From assembly GCA_934546935.1 (NCBI GenBank), contig CAKTEH010000008.1, positions 669-64,668 on the forward strand: a stretch of 64,000 nt of DNA, given 5' to 3'. The notes beneath the pieces were generated by a model. It made no database searches. It had not been told where the DNA came from and saw only the letters and a list, made by a program, of their open reading frames with translations. Positions 31,172 through 39,251 of the stretch are shown here, piece by piece. The position numbers were made by a program, and so were the translations under genes. The DNA is from an uncultured Eubacteriales bacterium (lineage in GTDB: Bacteria > Bacillota > Clostridia > Oscillospirales > QAMX01). The first letter of the stretch is position 1; every line of letters starts with the position of its first letter.

Positions 31172-31527
31172 ATTTTGAAAAGATTCCCGTTATTAGAGCC
31201 TTTTCAAAGCAATTGTTCTGGACCACTCCGCTAGGGAGTCAAGGCCATACGGACAGCCGGGTCCACTGCCGCCTGGCAGCCGATGCGCTGCCTTATTGAT
31301 TGAGTTAAAAGCTCAAATTTTATAAGTTGGTTCCTTTATAACCATGTGCGCCTGTGCGCAGACTTGTGAAACGGTCAATAAGAGTAGTAAAAGTATAATT
31401 GCTATATAGACTCTGATAACCCAACTCCTTTCTGAATTCTTTTTTGCTTATCTATATGTCCCGAAACCGCGCCGGTGTCCTCCGGCTTTGCGGTGGATAG
31501 GGGCGCATACATGGATTCTGAATGGAA
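31172..31527 (+). promoter_or_regulatory. Long structured 5' leader of the polyamine operon (unclassified cis-regulatory RNA candidate)
   Basis: There is no credible ORF here. Helices visible by eye are 31174-82/31200-08, 31219-24/31260-65 (enclosing ACTCC-GCTAG-GGAGT), alternative hairpins at 31266-31292, and nested CCGC-GCCGG...CCGGC-GCGG at 31467-31493. The leader ends in the terminator at 31528-31566. Confidence 0.4.
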
Positions 31528-31566
31528 AACGCAAGGTTTGCCGGCGCGCATGCCTTGCGTTTTTTT
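31528..31566 (+). terminator. Intrinsic terminator (attenuator) immediately upstream of speA
   Basis: 9-bp stem AACGCAAGG / CCTTGCGTT (31528-36 / 31553-61) with a GC-rich loop, followed by a run of seven T (31560-31566). It lies 30-45 nt before the candidate speA start codons. Confidence 0.75.
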
Positions 31567-31596
31567 GCTTTGGAAAGGAACCGGATTTGGACAGGA

Positions 31597-33072
31597 ATGA
31601 GGATGAAGAAGATGCAGACAAGACCAAACCGGCTAGACCAGCACCGCGCGCCAATCCACGAGGCGCTGGAACGGTTCCGCCAGATGCGTGTCGTCCCTTT
31701 TGATGTGCCGGGCCATAAGCGCGGCCGCGGTAACCCGGAGCTGACCGCATTTTTGGGCCAGCAGTGCGTTGGCGTGGACGTCAACAGTATGAAGCCGTTG
31801 GATAACCTGTGCCATCCGGTGTCGGTGATCCGTGAAGCGGAGGAACTTGCAGCGGAGGCTTTTGGCGCTGCGCACGCTTTTTTGATGGTTGGCGGTACGA
31901 CCAGCTCCGTACAGAGCATGGTGCTGACCGCCTGTAAGCGCGGGGATGAGATTATCCTGCCGCGCAATGTCCACCGCAGCGTTATCAACGCGCTGGTGCT
32001 GTGCGGCGCAATACCGGTGTATGTGAATCCAGAGGTCGACCAGCAGCTTGGGATTTCTCTGGGGATGCGGCGGGAAGCTGTGGAAAAAGCAATCCGCGAG
32101 CATCCGAATGCGGTTGCCGTGCTGGTTAATAACCCGACTTACTACGGCGTTTGCTCCGATCTGCGCGCGATTGTGCGCATGGCGCATGCGGCAGGGATGC
32201 TATGCCTTGCTGATGAAGCGCATGGGACGCATTTTTATTTCGGGGGCGGGCTACCTGTGTCCGCTATGGCCGCGGGTGCGGACATGGCTTCGGTTTCCAT
32301 GCATAAAAGCGGCGGAAGCCTGACACAGTCAAGCCTGCTGCTCGTCGGTCCGAATGTACATGCAGGCTATGTGCGTCAGATTATCAATCTGACGCAGACG
32401 ACTTCGGGAAGTTACCTTTTGATGTCCAGCCTGGATATCAGCCGGCGCAATCTTGCCCTGCGGGGCCGGCAGGTATTCCACCAGGTGGCTGATATGGCGG
32501 AATATGCCCGGGAAGAAATCAATGCAGTCGGCGGTTACTATGCATTTGGAAAGGAACTGGTCGACGGCAACGCGATCTTTGATTTTGATACTACGAAGCT
32601 GAGTATTCATACCCTTGATATCGGCCTTGCGGGGATTGAGGTATATGATATCCTGCGTGATGAGTATGATATCCAGATCGAGTTTGGCGATATTGGCAAT
32701 ATTCTGGCCTATCTGTCCATAGGGGACCGGCCGCAGGAAGTTGAACGGCTTGTCAGCGCCCTTGCGGAGATCCGGCGCCGCTATCACAAGGACAGCGCGG
32801 GCCTTTTGAACCAGGAGTATTTTGACCCAGAGGTTGTTACAAGCCCACAGGAAGCGTTTTATGCGCGGAAAATCAGCCTGCCAATTGAAGAAACGCAGGG
32901 GCGTGTATGCAGCGAATTTGTCATGTGCTATCCGCCTGGGATCCCGGTGCTTGCGCCGGGGGAGCGTATTACGCAGGAAATCCTGGATTATATTGAATAT
33001 GCGAAAAACAAAGGCTGCAGCATGACCGGCCCGGAGGATCCGGAAATCCGTGCGTTGAATGTCATTGCCTGA
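31597..33072 (+). CDS. speA: Arginine decarboxylase, Orn/Lys/Arg decarboxylase fold-I family (Bacillus SpeA type)
   Basis: VVPFDVPGHKRGRGNPEL...VGGTTSSVQSM...SMHKSGGSLTQSS, with the PLP-Lys context. Three in-frame ATGs exist at 31597, 31603 and 31612. ATG 31612 (MQTRPN...) has GAGGA 8 nt upstream and may be the real start. The track start at 31522 runs through the terminator and is rejected. Confidence 0.9.
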   Translation: MRMKKMQTRPNRLDQHRAPIHEALERFRQMRVVPFDVPGHKRGRGNPELTAFLGQQCVGVDVNSMKPLDNLCHPVSVIREAEELAAEAFGAAHAFLMVGGTTSSVQSMVLTACKRGDEIILPRNVHRSVINALVLCGAIPVYVNPEVDQQLGISLGMRREAVEKAIREHPNAVAVLVNNPTYYGVCSDLRAIVRMAHAAGMLCLADEAHGTHFYFGGGLPVSAMAAGADMASVSMHKSGGSLTQSSLLLVGPNVHAGYVRQIINLTQTTSGSYLLMSSLDISRRNLALRGRQVFHQVADMAEYAREEINAVGGYYAFGKELVDGNAIFDFDTTKLSIHTLDIGLAGIEVYDILRDEYDIQIEFGDIGNILAYLSIGDRPQEVERLVSALAEIRRRYHKDSAGLLNQEYFDPEVVTSPQEAFYARKISLPIEETQGRVCSEFVMCYPPGIPVLAPGERITQEILDYIEYAKNKGCSMTGPEDPEIRALNVIA

Positions 33073-33091
33073 AGGCAGGAAGGGAAAAAAT

Positions 33092-33946
33092 ATGGAGATG
33101 TGGTTCAGTGAATTTCACACCCCGGACGTCAAACACAGCATCCGTGTAAACCGGCAGCTGTATTCCGTACAAAGTCAGTACCAGCGCATTGATATTTTCG
33201 ATACTCCGGAGTTCGGCCGCGTTCTAACGCTCGACGGAAACGTTATGTTGACTGAGCGGGATGAATTCATATATGATGAAATGATTACCCATGTCCCGAT
33301 GGCGGTCCATCCGGGAATCCGGGATATTCTTGTCATTGGTGCCGGCGACGGCGGTGTTGTGCGCGAGCTGACGCGTTACGACCGTGTTGAGCGTGTCGAC
33401 CTGGTGGAGATGGACCCGCAGGTTGTGGAAGCCTGCCGTGCCTACTTGCCCGGCAATGCCTGCCGGCTTGACGACCGGCGTGTGCATATTTATTTTGAAA
33501 ACGCGCTAAAATTTATCCGGCGCTGTGAAGCGGCGTATGACTTGATTATCGTTGATTCTACAGACCCCTTTGGTCCTTCGGAAGGACTGTTTACCCGCGA
33601 ATTTTACGGCAACTGCTACAATGCCCTGCGTGAAGATGGAATTATGGTAAACCAACAGGGAAGCCCTTTCTATTCTGAAGATGCCAAGGCGATGCAGCGC
33701 AGCCATAAGCGTATTGTCAGTACTTTCCCAATTGCACGCGTTTATCAGGCGCATATCCCGACCTATGCGGCGGGGTACTGGCTGTTTGGTTTTTCGAGTA
33801 AAAAATACCACCCGACTGATGACCTCGACGCAGCGGCGTGGAATAACCTTAACCTGCGCACACGCTATTACACAACGCGGCTGCATGCCGGTGCGTTCTG
33901 TCTTCCTGCGTTTTTAGAAGAAATGCTGAGGGAAGTGGAGGGATAA
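33092..33946 (+). CDS. speE: Spermidine synthase / aminopropyltransferase
   Basis: Start set at ATG 33092 (MEMWFSEFHTPDVKHSIRV...). QRIDIFDTPEFGRVLTLDG...ILVIGAGDGGVVRE...IIVDSTDPFGP are the SpeE signatures. Confidence 0.92.
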   Translation: MEMWFSEFHTPDVKHSIRVNRQLYSVQSQYQRIDIFDTPEFGRVLTLDGNVMLTERDEFIYDEMITHVPMAVHPGIRDILVIGAGDGGVVRELTRYDRVERVDLVEMDPQVVEACRAYLPGNACRLDDRRVHIYFENALKFIRRCEAAYDLIIVDSTDPFGPSEGLFTREFYGNCYNALREDGIMVNQQGSPFYSEDAKAMQRSHKRIVSTFPIARVYQAHIPTYAAGYWLFGFSSKKYHPTDDLDAAAWNNLNLRTRYYTTRLHAGAFCLPAFLEEMLREVEG

Positions 33947-33948
33947 AA

Positions 33949-34821
33949 ATGCTGCCGAAGAATGTTGAAACATTTATTGGCTGCGAGGCTGCGTATGACG
34001 AAGCATGTGTTGTCCTATATGGCGCGCCCTTTGATTCGACGACGAGCTTCCGGCCTGGCGCGCGTTTCGGCCCCGCTGCCATGCGGCATGAAAGCTTCGG
34101 GCTGGAAACCTATAGTCCCTATCAGGATGCAGACCTGACGGATTTCGCGGTTTTTGACAGTGGGGACATGGAGTTGTGCTTTGGCAGCGCTGAACAGGCA
34201 TTGGCAGATATTGAAGCGCGGGCGCGGACAATCCTGTCTGATGGGAAACTCCCGCTGCTGCTTGGCGGCGAGCATCTTGTGACCTTGGGCGCGGTCCGTG
34301 CCGTGGCTGCGCGATATCCTGACCTGCATATCCTGCATTTCGATGCGCATGCGGATCTTCGCGACGACTACCTTGGCGCGAAGCTGAGCCATGCCTGCGT
34401 GCTGCGGCGCTGCTATGAACTGGTTGGGGACGGCCGTATTCATCAGTTCTGTATCCGCAGCGGCGAGCGGGAAGAATTCCGTTTCGCGCAGGCGCATACC
34501 CAGATGCATCGGTTTGATTTTGACGGCCTTGAGCAAACCATAGAGGCATTGTGCGCAGCCGGTGCGCCGGTTTATCTGACGATTGATCTCGACTGCCTGG
34601 ATCCGTCCTGTTTTTCCGGAACCGGTACGCCGGAGGCCGGCGGTACCAGCTTCTGCCAGCTTCTGAAAGCAATCCTGACAGCTGCGCGGGCCCATATTGT
34701 CGGGGCGGACCTGAACGAGCTTGCGCCCATGTTAGATGCAAGCGGCGCATCCACGGCGTTGGCATGCAAGGTGCTGCGCGAGCTGCTGCTGGCGCTTTGT
34801 CTGCAAAAGGCCGTGGTATAA
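33949..34821 (+). CDS. speB: Agmatinase (ureohydrolase family)
   Basis: GAPFDSTTSFRPGARFGP...LLLGGEHLVT...ILHFDAHADLRDDY...LTIDLDCLDP are the Mn-binding ureohydrolase motifs. It starts 3 nt after the speE stop. Confidence 0.92.
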   Translation: MLPKNVETFIGCEAAYDEACVVLYGAPFDSTTSFRPGARFGPAAMRHESFGLETYSPYQDADLTDFAVFDSGDMELCFGSAEQALADIEARARTILSDGKLPLLLGGEHLVTLGAVRAVAARYPDLHILHFDAHADLRDDYLGAKLSHACVLRRCYELVGDGRIHQFCIRSGEREEFRFAQAHTQMHRFDFDGLEQTIEALCAAGAPVYLTIDLDCLDPSCFSGTGTPEAGGTSFCQLLKAILTAARAHIVGADLNELAPMLDASGASTALACKVLRELLLALCLQKAVV

Positions 34822-34840
34822 CTGCGGAAAAAGGTGAATT

Positions 34841-35719
34841 ATGAATCCGAAGGCGCTTTTAACCTATGCCAAAACGCATGCCGATACCTTCACACAGGGC
34901 GGCATATCCTCAAATTCCATTCGGTTTTTTGAATATGGAGGAAAGCGCTATGTCCTGAAGCTTCCGCTGATGACGGGAGACCGGCTTTCTCCCTTTTGGC
35001 AGATGATGAAGAATATTCTCGGCTTTACATTTGAAAAACAGTCGGAGCGGCTTGAAGCGCTTTGCCGGCGGCTTGCGGAAAATCCGCATATTAAAACCGC
35101 GCCATTTCTTGCGGCGGATCGGGACGCGATGCTTTACGGCTTTATAGAAGGAACGGCGGGCCCGGATGATCGTTTCCCGGATGCGGGGGACAATGCGTTT
35201 CGACTTGGGCAGTATATCGGGTTTAACCATGCCGTTGCCCATGCGCGCTGCGGGATGCTTGGAAAAGAGGACGTAGAAGATTTTTTCTCCGCTGCGCTGC
35301 GCCATATGGAAGCGTGTGTGCGGTGTCATTGGACGGAGGATACGCCGCTTGATGCGGCAGTGCGCGATTTTTTTGCAAAGCTGAAAACCCAGCGCCTGGA
35401 AAGCAGCCGTTATTCGCTGATTATGGGGGATATGAGCGCCGATCAGTTCCTGTTTGACAAAGACGGGCGCATCGTGGCCTGCGTCGACCTGGACGCCTAT
35501 GTGATCGCGCCGGTTGAATGGGAGCTCTCGATGCTGAAGACGCAGGTTTCCGACTGGGAAAGCTTCCAAAAAGGCTATGCCTGCTATCAGAATATGCCGG
35601 ATTTCGCCGCGATGCAGGACTTTTTCTATTTTTTGATGGCATTGAATGCCTATAACAGCAAAAACGAACTGGAAAACGATTGGGCGCCGCTTTTTACGGC
35701 ACCGTTTTTGCATACCTAA
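34841..35719 (+). CDS. Divergent protein-kinase-like / aminoglycoside-phosphotransferase-fold protein, function unknown
   Basis: GGKRYVLKLP is a beta3-Lys-like VLK. SLIMGDMSADQFLFDKDGRIVACVDLDAYVIAPVEWELS is collinear with the APH/choline-kinase catalytic loop (HxDxxxxN) and the metal-binding D motif, but His is replaced by Met and Asn by Gln. AAAGGTGA SD is present. Confidence 0.6.
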   Translation: MNPKALLTYAKTHADTFTQGGISSNSIRFFEYGGKRYVLKLPLMTGDRLSPFWQMMKNILGFTFEKQSERLEALCRRLAENPHIKTAPFLAADRDAMLYGFIEGTAGPDDRFPDAGDNAFRLGQYIGFNHAVAHARCGMLGKEDVEDFFSAALRHMEACVRCHWTEDTPLDAAVRDFFAKLKTQRLESSRYSLIMGDMSADQFLFDKDGRIVACVDLDAYVIAPVEWELSMLKTQVSDWESFQKGYACYQNMPDFAAMQDFFYFLMALNAYNSKNELENDWAPLFTAPFLHT

Positions 35720-35762
35720 ACGTCCGCAAATTGTAAAATTGAAAAAAGGAAGGGAATCATTT

Positions 35763-37022
35763 ATGAGCAAAGTACTTGTCATCGGCTGCGGCGGCGTCGC
35801 GTCCGTCGCTATCCAGAAATGCTGTCAGGCAAGCGAAGTGTTTACCGAGCTGTGCATTGCCAGCCGCACTAAATCCAAATGCGATGCGCTGGCTGAAAAG
35901 CTGGCCCCGTTGACCAAGACGAAGATTACAACCGCGCAGGTTGATGCCGACGATGTCCAGCAGTTAATCGGCCTGATCCATGCCTATCAGCCGGAGCTTG
36001 TGATGAATATTGCCTTGCCGTATCAGGATCTGACGATTATGGATGCCTGTCTTGCCTGCGGCGTCAATTATATGGATACGGCCAACTATGAGCCGGAAAA
36101 TACCGATGATCCGGCGTGGCGTGAAATATATGAAAAACGCTGCCGGGAGGAGGGGTTCTCCGCCTATTTTGATTATTCCTGGCAGTGGGCATATAAGGAG
36201 AAGTTTGAAAAAGCGGGGCTGACTGCGTTGCTGGGATGCGGTTTTGATCCCGGCGTAACACAGGCTTACTGTGCTTATGCGCAGAAACACGAGTTTGACC
36301 GCATTGATACGATTGATATCCTCGACTGCAACGGGGGCGACCATGGCTATGCTTTTGCAACCAATTTCAACCCTGAAATCAACCTGCGCGAGGTTTCTGC
36401 GCCGGGCAGCTATTGGGAAGACGGCCATTGGGTTGAGATTCCTGCAATGAGTATCAAGCGGGAATATGATTTTGATGAAGTGGGGCATAAGGATATGTAT
36501 CTGCTGCATCATGAGGAAATAGAATCGCTTGCGAAAAATATCCCGGGCGTGCGCCGGATTCGCTTCTTCATGACCTTTGGACAGAGCTACCTTGACCATA
36601 TGCGTTGCCTGGAGGACGTCGGGATGCTGTCGACTACGCCGGTTGTGTACGAGGGACGTGAAATCGTGCCGATTCAGTTTTTAAAGGCGCTTTTGCCTGA
36701 CCCGGCGACCCTTGGGCCGCGTACAAAGGGCAAGACCAATATCGGCTGTATTTTTACAGGCGTCAAGGATGGAAAAGAAAAAACCTACTGCATTTATAAT
36801 ATATGCGATCATCAGGCCTGCTACCGGGAGGTTGGTTCCCAGGCGATCAGCTACACGACCGGCGTCCCGGCCATGTGTGGTGCATTGATGCTGCTGACTG
36901 GGAAATGGAAGGCGCCGGGCGTTTATACGGTAGAGGAGTTTGACCCGGATCCCTTCCTTGATGCGCTTGACCGCTATGGTTTGCCGCGCAGTGAAAACCA
37001 TGCGCCGGTACTGGTGGACTGA
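35763..37022 (+). CDS. Carboxy(nor)spermidine dehydrogenase/synthase (saccharopine dehydrogenase family)
   Basis: Start set at ATG 35763 (MSKVLVIGCGGVASVAIQKC, a Rossmann GxGxxA). YMDTANYEP...GFDPGVTQAY...NFNPEINLRE is typical of CASDH. The track start at 35646 overlaps the previous gene. Confidence 0.88.
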   Translation: MSKVLVIGCGGVASVAIQKCCQASEVFTELCIASRTKSKCDALAEKLAPLTKTKITTAQVDADDVQQLIGLIHAYQPELVMNIALPYQDLTIMDACLACGVNYMDTANYEPENTDDPAWREIYEKRCREEGFSAYFDYSWQWAYKEKFEKAGLTALLGCGFDPGVTQAYCAYAQKHEFDRIDTIDILDCNGGDHGYAFATNFNPEINLREVSAPGSYWEDGHWVEIPAMSIKREYDFDEVGHKDMYLLHHEEIESLAKNIPGVRRIRFFMTFGQSYLDHMRCLEDVGMLSTTPVVYEGREIVPIQFLKALLPDPATLGPRTKGKTNIGCIFTGVKDGKEKTYCIYNICDHQACYREVGSQAISYTTGVPAMCGALMLLTGKWKAPGVYTVEEFDPDPFLDALDRYGLPRSENHAPVLVD

Positions 37023-38236
37023 TGCAGGGTGTTGACCTGCGCCCGCCTTTTGCGGCGCTTGCCGGGGAAAATCCCAGCTCCCTGTTTTCCAAAGTGGAAT
37101 CGCCTGCATATGTGCTGGATGCGGATGCGCTTATGCGAAACGGGGAGGTTTTAGCCGGCGTCCAGGCACGCACCGGCTGCCGGATCCTGCTTGCGCAGAA
37201 AGCGTTTTCTAACTACGACCTTTACCCCTTCCTTTCGCCGTATCTGGCCGGAACGGAAGCCAGCGGCCTGTATGAGGCGCGCCTTGGCGCGCAGCAGATG
37301 CCGGGCGGCGAGGTGCATGTTTTTTGCGCGGCCTACCGCGAAGAGGAATTTGATGAACTTTTGCATTACGCTGGGCATATTGTGTTCAATTCTCCTGCGC
37401 AGCTTGCCCGGTTCGGTGCACGGGCAAAGGCGGCAGGCAAGAGCGTCGGCCTGCGTATCAACCCCGAATGCTCCACGCAGCAGGGACATGCCATATATGA
37501 TCCCTGTGCGCCAGGCAGCCGCCTTGGCACGACGCGCGCTCAATATGACGCGGCAATGACAACGCAGCTTTTTGCGCTGCTTGACGGGCTTCATTTTCAT
37601 ACGCTCTGCGAGCAGGATGCCGATGCGCTGGAAACTACGCTTGCAGCGGTGGAAGCCAAGTTCGGGGATATTCTTCCGGCAATGCGCTGGGTGAATTTCG
37701 GCGGCGGCCATCATATTACGCGCCCCGGCTATGACCTTGCCCGCTTAGAACGCTGTATTGCGGGAATAAAATCCCGTTTTGATGTTGAAGTCTATCTCGA
37801 ACCGGGGGAGGCCTGCGCCCTAAACGCCGGGTACCTGGTCACACGCGTGTTGGATATATTGCAGAATGGCGGCATACAGATTGCAGTTTTGGATATGAGC
37901 GCAGCTTGTCATACGCCCGATGTTCTTGAAATGCCCTACCGCCCGCCCTTGTATGGCGCGGGGGAGATGGGCGAAAAACCTTATGCTTACCGGCTCGCCG
38001 GTCCGACCTGCCTTGCGGGGGACGTGGTTGGGGACTACAGTTTTGACACGCCGCTGTCGGTAGGGGATATGCTTGTGTTTGGGGATATGGCGATCTATAC
38101 CAGCTGTAAAAACAATACCTTCAACGGCATGCCGCTGCCCGCGCTTTATATGCGCCATGGGGAGGATGTAAAGCTTCTGCGCCGTTTCGGATATGAAGAT
38201 TTCTATATGCGTCTGGGCAGCCGCCGGCATCCGTGA
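37022..38236 (+). CDS. nspC: Carboxy(nor)spermidine decarboxylase (alanine-racemase-fold PLP enzyme)
   Basis: SPAYVLDADALMRN...LLAQKAFSN...GTEASGLYEARLG...NFGGGHHITRPGYD...EPGEA are the NspC/CANSDC signatures. Its ATG overlaps the upstream TGA by 1 nt. The true start could be further downstream. Confidence 0.88.
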   Translation: MQGVDLRPPFAALAGENPSSLFSKVESPAYVLDADALMRNGEVLAGVQARTGCRILLAQKAFSNYDLYPFLSPYLAGTEASGLYEARLGAQQMPGGEVHVFCAAYREEEFDELLHYAGHIVFNSPAQLARFGARAKAAGKSVGLRINPECSTQQGHAIYDPCAPGSRLGTTRAQYDAAMTTQLFALLDGLHFHTLCEQDADALETTLAAVEAKFGDILPAMRWVNFGGGHHITRPGYDLARLERCIAGIKSRFDVEVYLEPGEACALNAGYLVTRVLDILQNGGIQIAVLDMSAACHTPDVLEMPYRPPLYGAGEMGEKPYAYRLAGPTCLAGDVVGDYSFDTPLSVGDMLVFGDMAIYTSCKNNTFNGMPLPALYMRHGEDVKLLRRFGYEDFYMRLGSRRHP

Positions 38237-38344
38237 CGCGCTGTGTTTTTTTCTGATCCGGCAGCAGCGGACAGAAAAAGTCGGGAAAATGTCAGACTTT
38301 TGCGCTAAACTGTAGATACAGCGGTACAGGAAGGGATGGGCCCT

Positions 38345-39184
38345 ATGAACGGTTGGAACGAGGGGATTGCCGACGCCATTGCTTATATCGAGGAAAATTT
38401 GACACAGCAGCTGGATATTTCCCGGGTTGCAGAAAAGGCATATATGTCCAGCTTTTATTTTCAAAAAATTTTCTTTGTGCTGTGCGGTTTCACAGTAGGG
38501 GAATATATCCGGAACCGCCGTTTGACGCTGGCTGCGCAGGAACTGTGCTCCACGGACAGCCGGGTGATTGACGTCGCGTTGAAATACGGCTATGATTCGC
38601 CGGACAGCTTCAGCCGCGCATTCGCCCGTTTCCATGGTGTCAGCCCTTCTGCAGCCAGAGAAAAAGGCCGCATGCTTCATTCCTTTGCACCGCTGAAAAT
38701 CAAACTGACTTTGGAGGGCGGTACGATGCTGGAGTACAAAATTGTAGAAAAAGCACAGTTTACAGTGATGGGCAGAGCACGCAGGTTCAATACGGAAACT
38801 TCCTATAAGGAAATTCCGGCCTTCTGGACAGAACATATGAAAAGCGATCTCCATGAGGCAATCTGCGGGATGTATGGCGTATGTATAGACAGCGATGGGA
38901 AGGATTTTGAATACCTTATTGCTGATAATTACATTCCCTGGGAGGACGTTCCGGAAGGCTGCGAAACCCGGGTGATCCCTGCGGGTACCTGGGCAGTTTT
39001 TCCCTGCCGCGGTGCGCTGCCCGAGGCTTTGCAGAGTGTAAATACCAAAATTTGGAGTGAGTGGCTCCCGTCATGCAAAGCTTATGTGCTTGCAGGGAAC
39101 TATAATATCGAGATGTATGCCCCGCCGTCTTCAGACGCAGGGGTGACGTATTCGGAGATCTGGGTTCCGGTGAAAAAGGTATAA
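38345..39184 (+). CDS. AraC-family regulator with a GyrI-like effector-binding domain (intact paralogue type)
   Basis: The HTH part is IAYIEENLTQQLDISRVAEKAYMSSFYFQKIF...YGYDSPDSFSRAFARFHGVSPS. The GyrI-like C-terminus is ...YGVCIDSDGKDFEYLIADNY...NIEMYAPP. The second ATG (38345) is preferred for its SD spacing. Confidence 0.88.
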   Translation: MNGWNEGIADAIAYIEENLTQQLDISRVAEKAYMSSFYFQKIFFVLCGFTVGEYIRNRRLTLAAQELCSTDSRVIDVALKYGYDSPDSFSRAFARFHGVSPSAAREKGRMLHSFAPLKIKLTLEGGTMLEYKIVEKAQFTVMGRARRFNTETSYKEIPAFWTEHMKSDLHEAICGMYGVCIDSDGKDFEYLIADNYIPWEDVPEGCETRVIPAGTWAVFPCRGALPEALQSVNTKIWSEWLPSCKAYVLAGNYNIEMYAPPSSDAGVTYSEIWVPVKKV

Positions 39185-39194
39185 AGAAAATAGG

Positions 39195-39242
39195 AAAGGG
39201 ACGTCGGGACTGGTATTTTACCAGTCCCGGCGTCCCTTTTTT
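39195..39242. terminator. Bidirectional terminator between convergent genes
   Basis: AAAGGGACGTCGGGACTGG-TATTTTA-CCAGTCCCGGCGTCCCTTTTTT. It has a 16-bp GC-rich stem (one G.T pair), with an A-run 5' and a T-run 3'. Confidence 0.85.
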
Positions 39243-39251
39243 GAACCCGGT

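Noticed and set aside
31172-31566. Considered calling the speA leader a T-box riboswitch. It has an AGAGA-like tract upstream, a CCGTTA (F-box-like) at 31186-31191 and GGTGGA near the terminator.
   Set aside because: The AGAGA tract lies upstream of the promoter. The CCGTTA sits in the first hairpin loop rather than after stem II. There is no GGGTGGTACCGCG-type T-box sequence or antiterminator pairing with the terminator 5' arm. I also could not fit 6S-like end pairing or a second terminator at the T-run at 31440-31445, because no hairpin precedes it.
31522-31596. ORF-track start of speA at 31522 (MENARFAGAHALRFFALERNRIW...).
   Set aside because: This extension reads straight through a strong hairpin and T7 terminator and has no counterpart in SpeA-type decarboxylases. 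In-frame ATGs at 31597, 31603 and 31612, with an SD-like GAGGA, fit better.
35646-35762. Track start of the carboxyspermidine dehydrogenase ORF at 35646 (overlapping the kinase-like gene by 74 nt), and of recD2 at 3502, ackA at 52126, ABC-2 at 27140 and pmbA at 63248.
   Set aside because: The upstream extensions lack homology, overlap neighbouring genes or terminators, and lack an SD. Internal starts with good SD spacing reproduce the conserved N-termini.
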